NCBI GenBank assembly: GCA_964619725.1
Contig: CAZUFC010000155.1
Location: 1 to 17,830 of the forward strand
DNA from: an uncultured bacterium
GTDB lineage: Bacteria; CSSED10-310; CAZUFC01
Direction: 5' to 3'
DNA length: 17,830 nucleotides
Positions 1 to 8,106 of the stretch are shown here, piece after piece; position 1 is the stretch's first letter; the number at the start of each line of letters is the position of its first letter. The notes beneath the pieces are model-generated. The model had not been told where the DNA came from, did no database searches, and saw nothing but the letters and a program-made list of their open reading frames with translations. The translations under genes and the position numbers were made by a program.

Positions 1-19
1 AGCATTATGAACAGCACCG

Positions 20-87
20 CCTGGGGTTAAGCGAGCTTGCGAGCGCAACCCCAGGAAAAAACCAAAAAATGAAAGCTCTGAAAGAGC
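20..87. repeat. REP-like palindromic element (CCTGGGGTT...AACCCCAGG stem plus GCTCT-GAA-AGAGC mini-hairpin)
   Basis: Perfect 9-bp inverted repeat at 20-28/47-55 and a second hairpin at 75-87. Related copy at 5023-5058; partial reverse copies at ~13779-13800 and ~14519-14540. Confidence 0.6.
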
Positions 88-184
88 GCAGTAAAATAAT
101 GCCCAACGCCGTTTTTGATCCGGGACGCTTTGTTTCAGCAATCGGGGTCGGGCATTATTTATAATGACCGAAGATTTCATCAAC

Positions 185-211
185 CATGAAGCGCATGAAG
201 AACATGAAGAT
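185..211 (+). repeat. Three tandem 9-bp repeats CATGAAGNN
   Basis: CATGAAG at 185, 194 and 203. Confidence 0.6.
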
Positions 212-229
212 TGAGTGATTTAGCAGGCG

Positions 230-322
230 ATGACCATACGCCGGTCGACAGCGCAAATTTATGCCCATATCGTTCTTTCAAAGAAAAACAGTCTCTTGCC
301 GGCATCAAAGGAAAAACAATAA
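230..322 (+). pseudogene. Degenerate 5' fragment of an IS200/IS605-family (Y1/HUH, RAYT-like) transposase
   Basis: Translates MTIRRSTAQIYAHIVLSKKNSLL..., resembling the Y1_Tnp N-terminus (MPQSxxxIYxHIVFSTKNR). Stops at TAA 320-322. Homologous to 5101-5150. Confidence 0.5.
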
Positions 323-484
323 ACCGTCTATATATCCGTGATTCCATCCGCAAAGTTGATTAAGCGTCCCTGACTTTCAGGATTTGATCCATATCCAGGA
401 TTGTGATATGAAAATAACCAGATGCCTTAAAATGAGCGTCGTCTGAGGATTAAAGATGGTGAAACGTCGGATTCAGTTCAATGC

Positions 485-3400
485 ATGCCTGGGGGAACGT
501 TATTAATTATGGGAAAATGTGATCTTTTCATCAGTTACAGTTCGCACGACCGTGATTGGGTGAAAACATTCGTGTCGCACCTGGAGCAATTGGGCGTCAG
601 GGTATGGTGGGACGTTAACAGAATTAAATACGGCGAGTCATTTATATCGGCTATTGATGCCGGATTAACCGAAAGCGGCCGGCTTATTCTCATCGTCAGT
701 CCGGCGAGTATGGCATCGCCCTGGGTGAGAAGGGAGTATACCGACGTCATGGTTCGATATCCCAACTTCGATCAGACCGGACGCATTATTCCCGTTATTA
801 TCAGCGAAGCATCCCGTCCACCCTTGTCCAGCGACTGTCAGTACATAAACCTTACTTACGCTGACTCTGAAAAATACCGCATGGGAATGCAAAAACTGAT
901 ATCCGGCTATTTTCCGCACTTGAAGGAGGGCTTGGCGACAGCTTCACTGCAACTGCCGTCACCTCCCAATTATGAAATAAACGGCAAATTGTGGACTCAG
1001 GCGGTAAACCTTTTCTCGGAATTGTCTGAAACCCGGTGGGATCGTAAACTTCTTTACGATAAGCTTCCCCCTGACATAAAACGGAAGAGCAAAGATATTC
1101 TGGAAAACAAAAACAAGGAAATATCGTCAACCGCCTTCCTTTTCTATTCGGAATGTTACAGGATGAAAAAACTAAAAAGCATTCTTGCCGTGCAGGATAT
1201 TGAGGAGGTATTGCGTTCGAGAAATCCTGATGAATATGAATCGCTGCTGAAGGAGCTGGACAAGTCAGAACCGCATCCGGCGATCAAATCGGAATGGATA
1301 AGGAAAATAGAGGAATATCTGAAGAGTCTGGAAATGCTCTGTAGAATCGATCTTTCGTCTCGTATTTTTCCCGAAGCCCATGATTTGCCGTTGCAGAAGG
1401 TCTACGTGGATTTATATACGGAGCCTTATGATCGAGCAAGGGATTTCGAGAGCGGCGCATGTCGTACGGATTATTTTCGTCATTTATCGTCAAAGGAACG
1501 CAGCGAATACCGGACAGGGACTCTGGAGAATTTCCTGAAAAGCGGAGAATCGCGGTGCTGGACGCTGCAGGGCGAGCCGGGCAGCGGTAAAACGACATTG
1601 CTGCTCGACATGTGTCGCAGGATGATAGGAGACGCTCGTGAAACCATTTCCGCAGGCGACCGGAAAGAAATACAGGCTAAGCTGCTGATCCCTGTTTATG
1701 TCCGCATAGGAGCGTGGAGGCGCCGCCCGGAGAGCATAATCGGATATTTGGACCGTGAATTCAGGGAAATGGACCTGGAGGGGACCGGCGAATTTTTGAA
1801 AACAGAATCTGATGCCGGCAGGGTCGTCTGGTTCTTCGACGGACTGGATGAAGTCGATCCGAAAGAAACCTTTGATGCCGCTGAAAAGATATCGATTCAC
1901 AGCCAGAGATTCAAACAGTGCAAAATAGTCATGACATCCCGCATTTTCGGATACGAGAAACCCCCGGACGCTGAAGACGCTGTTTTTAAAGAACTTAAAC
2001 TTTTGCCTCTTCGCCGTGAAGAAAGGAAGGAACTGCTGGAAGAGCTCCTGCAGGATAAACGTTCCGTTGAAGATGTTCTTGACGAAATAGACCGTCACAG
2101 CACGCTCAGAGAACTTTCCGGGAATCCCTTCTTCCTGACGATGATTGCAATCGCTGCATTACAACCAAAAATAGACGACGAATACAAACCTCTCCCCGTT
2201 CGACGTTCTGAATTGCTCGAAAGAGTCATCGACCGCCTTATGCTCGGCCTTCCGGGACTGAGAGAGAAGGGCCCCTTTCCCGATCATCAGCGGGTCTTGA
2301 GCTTCCTGAAGGAACTGGCGCTGGACCTGATGATGCATTATACTCCGCCCTACAGAGCGAATGAAGTGACGGAACGAATCATTTTCCTGGACAGCAAAGC
2401 GGACGGAGAATGCCGGCTGCTTAAAAACTATCAGAATGAAGCGGCAAAGTTTATAAGAAGTCTGGCCGCTCATACTTTCCTCATAATGTTCTTTGGAAAG
2501 TCCGAGAACGTATGCCATTTCCTGCACCGCTCCATACAGGAATACTTGGCGGCTTGCGCCCTTCACAGCCTGGAAGAAGAAAAATGGATGGAAATAGCCG
2601 AGTCGCTTCTTCCCGATAAAAGTGATGAAGCGACAGCCGCAAAGCTGGGACGCTGGGCAGAAATCTTCGGATACCTGGCCGGTATGGCGGACGACCCGAA
2701 CGCATGGCTGAAGAAACTGATGCATATAAACCAAGACCTGGGACTGAGAGCCCTTTCCACTACAGAAAACGTCACCGAAGAAACCCTGGAAACCATGCTC
2801 GACTGGGTGCAGGGCGGCTCAGAATGGGAAAAACGAAGAAAAATAATCGAATCGATACCCCTGCAGAAAAAGCTGGGATGCTCCAAATCAGCAGTCGATC
2901 TGCTGGATACGATAAGACGAAAAACAACTCACGGCGCAGACCTCTTTTTCATTTCCAGTACATTCGATCACATCGCAAATAGCGAAAACGTGGATGCTGA
3001 AGTGAAAAAATACGCCCTGGACCGTAAAAGAAATATTTTCGAAAGAGAACAGAAAGTCATAACGCCGCCGGATTTCTTGAAAACAATAGTCATTAAGGGC
3101 AAGGAACATGAATACTGGAGCAGAATACCGGCGGGAAATTTCCTGATGGGCAGCCCCAAAGACGAGGAGGGGCGATATGATGATGAACCGGAAAACCTGC
3201 CCGTCAGCCTTTCCGAATTCCACATGGGAAAAGTCCCTGTAACCAACCGTGATTATGAACTGTTCGATCCATCTCATAAAGACGACAGGGCTTTCGGCGA
3301 TAAAGAGACGGAAATGCATCCCGCGGTGAATGTGACCTGGTATGAGGCGATCATGTTCAGCCGGTGGGCGACTGAAATACTGAAAAGAAGGGGCGATCTG

Positions 3401-3835
3401 GACGACGGTGAAATAATAACGCTTCCGTCGGAGGCGCAATGGGAATACGCCTGCAGGGCCGGCAAGAAAACGATGTTCTGGTCGGGCGATAAGGAAGAAG
3501 ACCTGGATAGAGTCGGATGGTATGACGGAAATTCAGGCGGCAGGACGCATGCCGTGGGTGAAAAATCGGCGAATCCACGGGGGTTGTTCGACATGCACGG
3601 TAATGTATGGGAATGGTGCCTGGATGAATGGAGCGGACATTATAAAAGATCAGGAAATGACCAGATCGTCGGAAAAGTGGAAAACATTTCCGCCAGGCGG
3701 TCCATCCGGGGCGGCTCCTGGGGCAATGATCCGCGTGACTGCCGCTCCGCTTTCCGTAGCGGCAGGTATCCCGATGTCCGCTTCTTCAATCAGGGATTCC
3801 GCGTTGTCCGGGTCCGTCGCGGCCCCCAGGCTTGA
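485..3835 (+). CDS. TIR - helical linker - NACHT NTPase - FGE-sulfatase (CLec-fold) protein; NLR-like sensor and probable DGR target
   Basis: TIR motifs DLFISYS and SPWVRRE (catalytic-position Glu present); Walker A GEPGSGKT; Walker B FFDGLDE; NACHT GNPFFL and FLHRSIQEYLAA; FGE-sulfatase motifs FLMGS, LPSEAQWEYACRAG, GLFDMHGNVWEWC, RGGSW, GFRV. The true start may be ATG 509 (GGGGGA upstream). Confidence 0.93.
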   Translation: MPGGTLLIMGKCDLFISYSSHDRDWVKTFVSHLEQLGVRVWWDVNRIKYGESFISAIDAGLTESGRLILIVSPASMASPWVRREYTDVMVRYPNFDQTGRIIPVIISEASRPPLSSDCQYINLTYADSEKYRMGMQKLISGYFPHLKEGLATASLQLPSPPNYEINGKLWTQAVNLFSELSETRWDRKLLYDKLPPDIKRKSKDILENKNKEISSTAFLFYSECYRMKKLKSILAVQDIEEVLRSRNPDEYESLLKELDKSEPHPAIKSEWIRKIEEYLKSLEMLCRIDLSSRIFPEAHDLPLQKVYVDLYTEPYDRARDFESGACRTDYFRHLSSKERSEYRTGTLENFLKSGESRCWTLQGEPGSGKTTLLLDMCRRMIGDARETISAGDRKEIQAKLLIPVYVRIGAWRRRPESIIGYLDREFREMDLEGTGEFLKTESDAGRVVWFFDGLDEVDPKETFDAAEKISIHSQRFKQCKIVMTSRIFGYEKPPDAEDAVFKELKLLPLRREERKELLEELLQDKRSVEDVLDEIDRHSTLRELSGNPFFLTMIAIAALQPKIDDEYKPLPVRRSELLERVIDRLMLGLPGLREKGPFPDHQRVLSFLKELALDLMMHYTPPYRANEVTERIIFLDSKADGECRLLKNYQNEAAKFIRSLAAHTFLIMFFGKSENVCHFLHRSIQEYLAACALHSLEEEKWMEIAESLLPDKSDEATAAKLGRWAEIFGYLAGMADDPNAWLKKLMHINQDLGLRALSTTENVTEETLETMLDWVQGGSEWEKRRKIIESIPLQKKLGCSKSAVDLLDTIRRKTTHGADLFFISSTFDHIANSENVDAEVKKYALDRKRNIFEREQKVITPPDFLKTIVIKGKEHEYWSRIPAGNFLMGSPKDEEGRYDDEPENLPVSLSEFHMGKVPVTNRDYELFDPSHKDDRAFGDKETEMHPAVNVTWYEAIMFSRWATEILKRRGDLDDGEIITLPSEAQWEYACRAGKKTMFWSGDKEEDLDRVGWYDGNSGGRTHAVGEKSANPRGLFDMHGNVWEWCLDEWSGHYKRSGNDQIVGKVENISARRSIRGGSWGNDPRDCRSAFRSGRYPDVRFFNQGFRVVRVRRGPQA
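3695..3790 (+). other. DGR variable region VR1 (core), followed by an IMH-like invariant GC-rich tail (~3791-3830)
   Basis: Against VR2 there are 17 mismatches, 16 of them at codon positions 1-2, mostly in NNC/NNT codons, in the RGGSW...GFR segment of the CLec domain. Confidence 0.8.
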
Positions 3836-4032
3836 TGATTGGATATTGGTACGGACAGATGCGGACATTTACGGAGAAAAATCACCGGAAATATCCGCCA
3901 AAAGTATGGCTTGTACACGAAAAAAGGTGCGGACAAATGCGGCTATCGGACAACATTCGGCTAAATCTTGGCCGCAAATTTCCGCAAATGGCCGGATATG
4001 GCCGTATCTAGCCGTACCTGTCCAAAAGGAGG
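3836..4032. other. Conserved structured element downstream of VR1 (10-bp-periodic CGG/CCG imperfect inverted repeat)
   Basis: CGG at 3852/3862/3872 and CCG at 3972/3982/3992/4002/4012. About 11 mismatches to 8107-8303. Confidence 0.6.
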
Positions 4033-4368
4033 AATCGCTCCCTTTCAGCGTCATAGAGAACGCTGACACGGGCAGAAGATTGGATGTTCATAACGATTTT
4101 TTAACTGCTGGAACTGCCGGTTCATTCTTGCAGGTCCTCAACGATGTTGTTCGCTTTATTTTGTAAATCGGGACTTTTACGCAGAGGGAGCATTATCATC
4201 CCGGCATTTCCTGGACTGATCAAGCCATGCATGCAATTTTACGGCTTTAAACTTCCGTGGTGATGAAAATTCGGGCATTTTCGATAAAAACGGTAACTTC
4301 CGATTCATATTATCTTCCGGGAAGCAATATACGCAATGCTGAAATTACCGGTTACGGAGTATTGCCCG

Positions 4369-4662
4369 TCATTTGGACTGTTTCTTAGGTATTAATTCTA
4401 TCAATTTTCTCAGCGTTTTATTCACTGATTCAGAATCCGGAAAAAAAGGCCTGACGTCCGGGTCCAACATTACAGCGCCCTCTTCGAGTTTATAGTTTTT
4501 CACTACTAGATTACCCTCTTTTTTACGTATCTTTACGGAATGACCGGCTCTGTAATCCTTAAAATATTTACCCCTCTCGCCGCCTTTCAACTTTGAAAAA
4601 TCATATTCTTCCCTTATGTCACGATCTTTTGCTTTATTATTTTCTGAATTATCCTTCTTCAT
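4369..4662 (-). CDS. Putative antitoxin, BrnA-like partner of BrnT
   Basis: 97 aa with EYDFSKLKGGERGKY and LDPDV..FFPDSESVN..LR motifs. Overlaps the end of the brnT-like gene. Confidence 0.75.
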   Translation of the reverse strand: MKKDNSENNKAKDRDIREEYDFSKLKGGERGKYFKDYRAGHSVKIRKKEGNLVVKNYKLEEGAVMLDPDVRPFFPDSESVNKTLRKLIELIPKKQSK

Positions 4663-4933
4663 AATATTTCCGTTCCTTGCGCGTTGCTTTTCGAGAACTG
4701 ATGATACGGATATTTTTATTTCTTTCTGTATGGATAACGACCAAAATTCTGCCTTTTGCTGAAATTCCCAGGTTAATATATCTCTCCTCTATATCAGAAT
4801 GTTCTTCATCAGGAAACGTTAGTAAAAACGGATCGTTATACGCTGTTTTTGCCTCTTCGAAGCCGACTCCATGTCTTTTAATGTTTCTGTCATTTTTTTC
4901 CTCATCCCATTCAAATAATAATTTCATCATCAT
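4649..4933 (-). CDS. brnT: BrnT-family (DUF497) ribonuclease toxin
   Basis: FEWDEEKNDRNIKRHGVGFEEA...EERYINLG...IRIISSRKATRKERKYY is the canonical BrnT pattern. The start could be any of three tandem ATGs. Confidence 0.92.
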   Translation of the reverse strand: MMMKLLFEWDEEKNDRNIKRHGVGFEEAKTAYNDPFLLTFPDEEHSDIEERYINLGISAKGRILVVIHTERNKNIRIISSRKATRKERKYYEEG

Positions 4934-5022
4934 TTCCGCAGTAAATTCAGAGTTTCCTCAATCGAGCTTTCAGTCAACGATCCACTATATTAAAGAATCC
5001 TGTTTTTTTCAAGAGAGCGAAG

Positions 5023-5058
5023 CCCAGTGTTAAGCGACCCAAGGGAGCGTAACCCCGG
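5023..5058. repeat. REP-like element, copy of 20-55
   Basis: CCCAGTGTTAAGCG...GAGCGTAACCCCGG versus CCTGGGGTTAAGCG...GAGCGCAACCCCAGG. Confidence 0.55.
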
Positions 5059-5100
5059 TTTACGATGTTAAAAACACGAATCATGAGGATTTAACAGGAT

Positions 5101-5230
5101 ATGACCATGCCCCAATCAACAGCACAAATTTATCCTTATATGTTTTTCAACGGAACCGTTAACCGATTTTAAACGACATTGATATCCTTCTCATTAAATT
5201 AATATCCAGCCGGCATAGTCGACAATCAAC
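5101..5230 (+). pseudogene. Second degenerate IS200/IS605-family tnpA 5' fragment
   Basis: ATG CCC CAA TCA ACA GCA CAA ATT TAT = MPQSTAQIY, then frameshifted segments reading FST, PILNDIDI and AGIVDN. Aligns with 230-280. Confidence 0.55.
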
Positions 5231-5463
5231 CATTGATGAAAAATGCTTTTTTACAGTTCACAATTCGAGGTATTATCGCCTCAATGACCGACCTTTTATG
5301 GGCGTAGAGCGACGGCGGCGATGTTGCGACGATTTCTATTAATCCGTCCGATCATTCCAAAGAATCGGGTTCAGTATCGTAATCGCGCATTCAATAAAAC
5401 AAAATCGCTTCCTCCGCGTTTTTATTTCATAGGAAGGCTTGCGAACCCAATAATCTTAAGGAA

Positions 5464-8106
5464 TTGCTTTCCATAAAAAAGATCGAGGGAGTATTGAAAA
5501 AAAAGGAACCGGAAAAGCTGGACTCCCTGTTGAAGGAGCTGGAAAAATTCAAAAAGCCGAAACAATATAAAAGGGAGACGGCGAAAAAAATCGAGGCTTA
5601 TCTGAAACGCCTGGAAATGCAATGCGAATGCGATTTTGAATCCCGCCGTATTCCCGGCGCTGCGGAATTGACGTTGGAAGACCTTTACGTGGAGCTGCAG
5701 GCGGAGCGATTGCATCGTCCTAAAGAGCGTCCGGAGGAAGCCGTCCGTGACTCGTCATGTGTTCCCGATGAAGAGTTAAAAAATCGTGCTGGTTTTATAC
5801 GAGGAAAACTGGATGATTTTTTAACAAGCGAAATATCGCTTCGATGGACGCTTCAGGGCGAGCCTGGGAGCGGAAAAACCACATTATTGCTGAAAATATG
5901 CGACGATATGATTAAGGAAGCCCGCCGAATCATCCGTAAAGGCGATACGAAGGAGTTGCAGGAGCGTCTTGTCATTCCGGCATACGTTTCCATAGGAGCC
6001 TGGAGGCGAAGTCGAACGGAACTTCTTGAGTATCTGGATCAGGAATTCAGTGAACTGGGCGTTCGGGGAGCGGGCGAAATTCTCCGTACTGAAGCTGATG
6101 CCGGCAGGGTGGTCTGGTTGTTCGACGGGCTGGATGAAGTCGATCCTCAAGATACCCTTTCTGCGGTTAAACGCATAGCGATACACGTGAAAACATTCGA
6201 TCAATGCAAAGCGGTCATGACTTCCCGTATTTTCGGTTACAAAAAACCGCCCGGCGCCGGATTCAAAGAACTGAAACTTCTGCCCCTGGAAGGGGAAAAC
6301 CGCTTTAATCTACTAAAAAATCACCTGAAAGGCGAACGACCCGCGGAAGAAGTATTGGACGAAATAGACCGTAACCGAACCTTAAAGGAACTGGCCGGCA
6401 ATCCTTTCTTCCTGACCATGATTGCGGTCGCCGCATTGAAGAAAAAAAACAAGAAACAATACGAACCGTTGCCGGTAAGACGTTCGGAACTGCTTAAAAA
6501 GGTCATCGACGAACTTTTGTCAGGCGGACCGGGACCGAGACCCGAAGGCCCCTTCCCCAATCGCCCGCTGGCGCAGCGCTTGCTCGAAGACCTGGCGCTT
6601 GAACTGATGCGAAATTTTACGCCTCCTTATGAAGCCTTCGACGTCAATGAAAGGCTGATGATCATCGACAACCGGAAGCATGAAGACTCGAGGTTGCTGC
6701 CGGAAGCTTACAGGAACGATCCTTCGAGGTTCATCAGCAGCATAGCCAATCATAATTACCTGATGACGTTCCACGGGGAATCCCGGAAATACTGCCGCTT
6801 CCTCCACCGCTCCGTGCAGGAATACCTGGCGGCATGCTCATTGAAAAGAATGGACGAACCCACATGGAAAAAAATCGCTGAATCGCTGCTTCCTGAAAAA
6901 CGGGACAAGATAAGTTCGTCAAACCTGGGACGCTGGGCTGAAGTTTTCGGATACCTGGCCGGAGAGATGAAGAATCCGAATGAACTGCTGGAAAAACTGA
7001 TGAAAATCAACAGCGATCTGGGACTGCGCGCCCTTTCCACAGCAGACAATGTTACTGGGGATACCCTGGCGGCAATGATGGGCCTGGTCAAAGGCGGCGA
7101 CAAATGGCAAGCCAGGCGGGAAATCATCGAATCCATACCCGACCAATTGGGATACACGGAAACAGCGGTCGACCTTCTGGATAAGATACGTCGCGAAACA
7201 AAACCCACGAACGGCGCCGACCTGTTTTTCATTTCCGGGACTTATGACCTCATACGAAAGAAGACTGACGATAACGCTGTAAAACGTCACGCTTTGATTC
7301 ATAAGGAAAAAATATTCCATCATCTGGACGAACCGCAGCCGGATTTCTTGAAAACAATAGTCATTAAGGGCAAGGAACATGAATACTGGAGCAGAATACC
7401 GGCGGGAAATTTCCTGATGGGCAGCCCCAAAGACGAGGAGGGGCGATATGATGATGAACCGGAAAACCTGCCCGTCAGCCTTTCCGAATTCCACATGGGA
7501 AAAGTCCCTGTAACCAACCGTGATTATGAACTGTTCGATCCATCTCATAAAGACGACAGGGCTTTCGGCGATAAAGAGACGGAAATGCATCCCGCGGTGA
7601 ATGTGACCTGGTATGAGGCGATCATGTTCAGCCGGTGGGCGACTGAAATACTGAAAAGAAGGGGCGATCTGGACGACGGTGAAATAATAACGCTTCCGTC
7701 GGAGGCGCAATGGGAATACGCCTGCAGGGCCGGCAAGAAAACGATGTTCTGGTCGGGCGATAAGGAAGAAGACCTGGATAGAGTCGGATGGTATGACGGA
7801 AATTCAGGCGGCAGGACGCATGCCGTGGGTGAAAAATCGGCGAATCCACGGGGGTTGTTCGACATGCACGGTAATGTTGATGAATGGTGCCTGGATGAAT
7901 GGAGCGACAAATATAAAGAAACAGGAAATGATCCGGTAGTCGGCAATGTTCAAAACATTTCCGCCGGGCGGTCCATCCGGGGCGGCTCCTGGTTCAATGA
8001 TCCGCGTAACTGCCGCTCCGCTTTCCGTTTCGACTGGGATCCCGGGGACCGCAGCGACGATCAGGGATTCCGCGTTGTCCGGGTCCGTCGCGGCCCCCAG
8101 GTTTGA
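5464..8106 (+). CDS. NACHT - FGE-sulfatase (CLec) protein, paralog of 485-3835, 5'-truncated (no TIR); probable DGR target, possibly a pseudogene
   Basis: GEPGSGKT, LFDGLDE, GNPFFL, FLHRSVQEYLAA and an identical CLec scaffold. In-frame homology continues upstream of the TTG to ~5398, bounded by TAA at 5395. Confidence 0.88.
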   Translation: MLSIKKIEGVLKKKEPEKLDSLLKELEKFKKPKQYKRETAKKIEAYLKRLEMQCECDFESRRIPGAAELTLEDLYVELQAERLHRPKERPEEAVRDSSCVPDEELKNRAGFIRGKLDDFLTSEISLRWTLQGEPGSGKTTLLLKICDDMIKEARRIIRKGDTKELQERLVIPAYVSIGAWRRSRTELLEYLDQEFSELGVRGAGEILRTEADAGRVVWLFDGLDEVDPQDTLSAVKRIAIHVKTFDQCKAVMTSRIFGYKKPPGAGFKELKLLPLEGENRFNLLKNHLKGERPAEEVLDEIDRNRTLKELAGNPFFLTMIAVAALKKKNKKQYEPLPVRRSELLKKVIDELLSGGPGPRPEGPFPNRPLAQRLLEDLALELMRNFTPPYEAFDVNERLMIIDNRKHEDSRLLPEAYRNDPSRFISSIANHNYLMTFHGESRKYCRFLHRSVQEYLAACSLKRMDEPTWKKIAESLLPEKRDKISSSNLGRWAEVFGYLAGEMKNPNELLEKLMKINSDLGLRALSTADNVTGDTLAAMMGLVKGGDKWQARREIIESIPDQLGYTETAVDLLDKIRRETKPTNGADLFFISGTYDLIRKKTDDNAVKRHALIHKEKIFHHLDEPQPDFLKTIVIKGKEHEYWSRIPAGNFLMGSPKDEEGRYDDEPENLPVSLSEFHMGKVPVTNRDYELFDPSHKDDRAFGDKETEMHPAVNVTWYEAIMFSRWATEILKRRGDLDDGEIITLPSEAQWEYACRAGKKTMFWSGDKEEDLDRVGWYDGNSGGRTHAVGEKSANPRGLFDMHGNVDEWCLDEWSDKYKETGNDPVVGNVQNISAGRSIRGGSWFNDPRNCRSAFRFDWDPGDRSDDQGFRVVRVRRGPQV
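7966..8061 (+). other. DGR variable region VR2 (core), followed by an IMH-like tail (~8062-8101)
   Basis: Encodes GRSIRGGSWFNDPRNCRSAFRFDWDPGDRSDD versus RRSIRGGSWGNDPRDCRSAFRSGRYPDVRFFN in VR1. Confidence 0.8.

Larger units (their letters stand above)
3067..4032 (+). repeat. Direct repeat copy 1 (CLec domain plus 3' element); pairs with 7338-8303
   Basis: Constant offset of 4271 bp with no indels seen. 3067-3606 reads identical to 7338-7877. Similarity ends just after AAGGAGG. Confidence 0.95.

Noticed and set aside
4045-4066. TCAGCGT...ACGCTGA hairpin as terminator of gene 1
   Set aside because: No U-tract on the + strand and the stem is weak; may belong to a REP remnant.
3522-4166. Alternative-frame ORFs across the VRs (3522-4166, 7946-8329) and the 8103 start for the HTH ORF
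   Set aside because: They overlap real genes and run through the repeated non-coding element; their similarity simply reflects the DNA repeat.
3695-8061. One of the two VRs acting as the TR for the other
   Set aside because: Many mismatches have no A in either copy (GGC/TTC, TAT/GAT), so both must derive from a third template.
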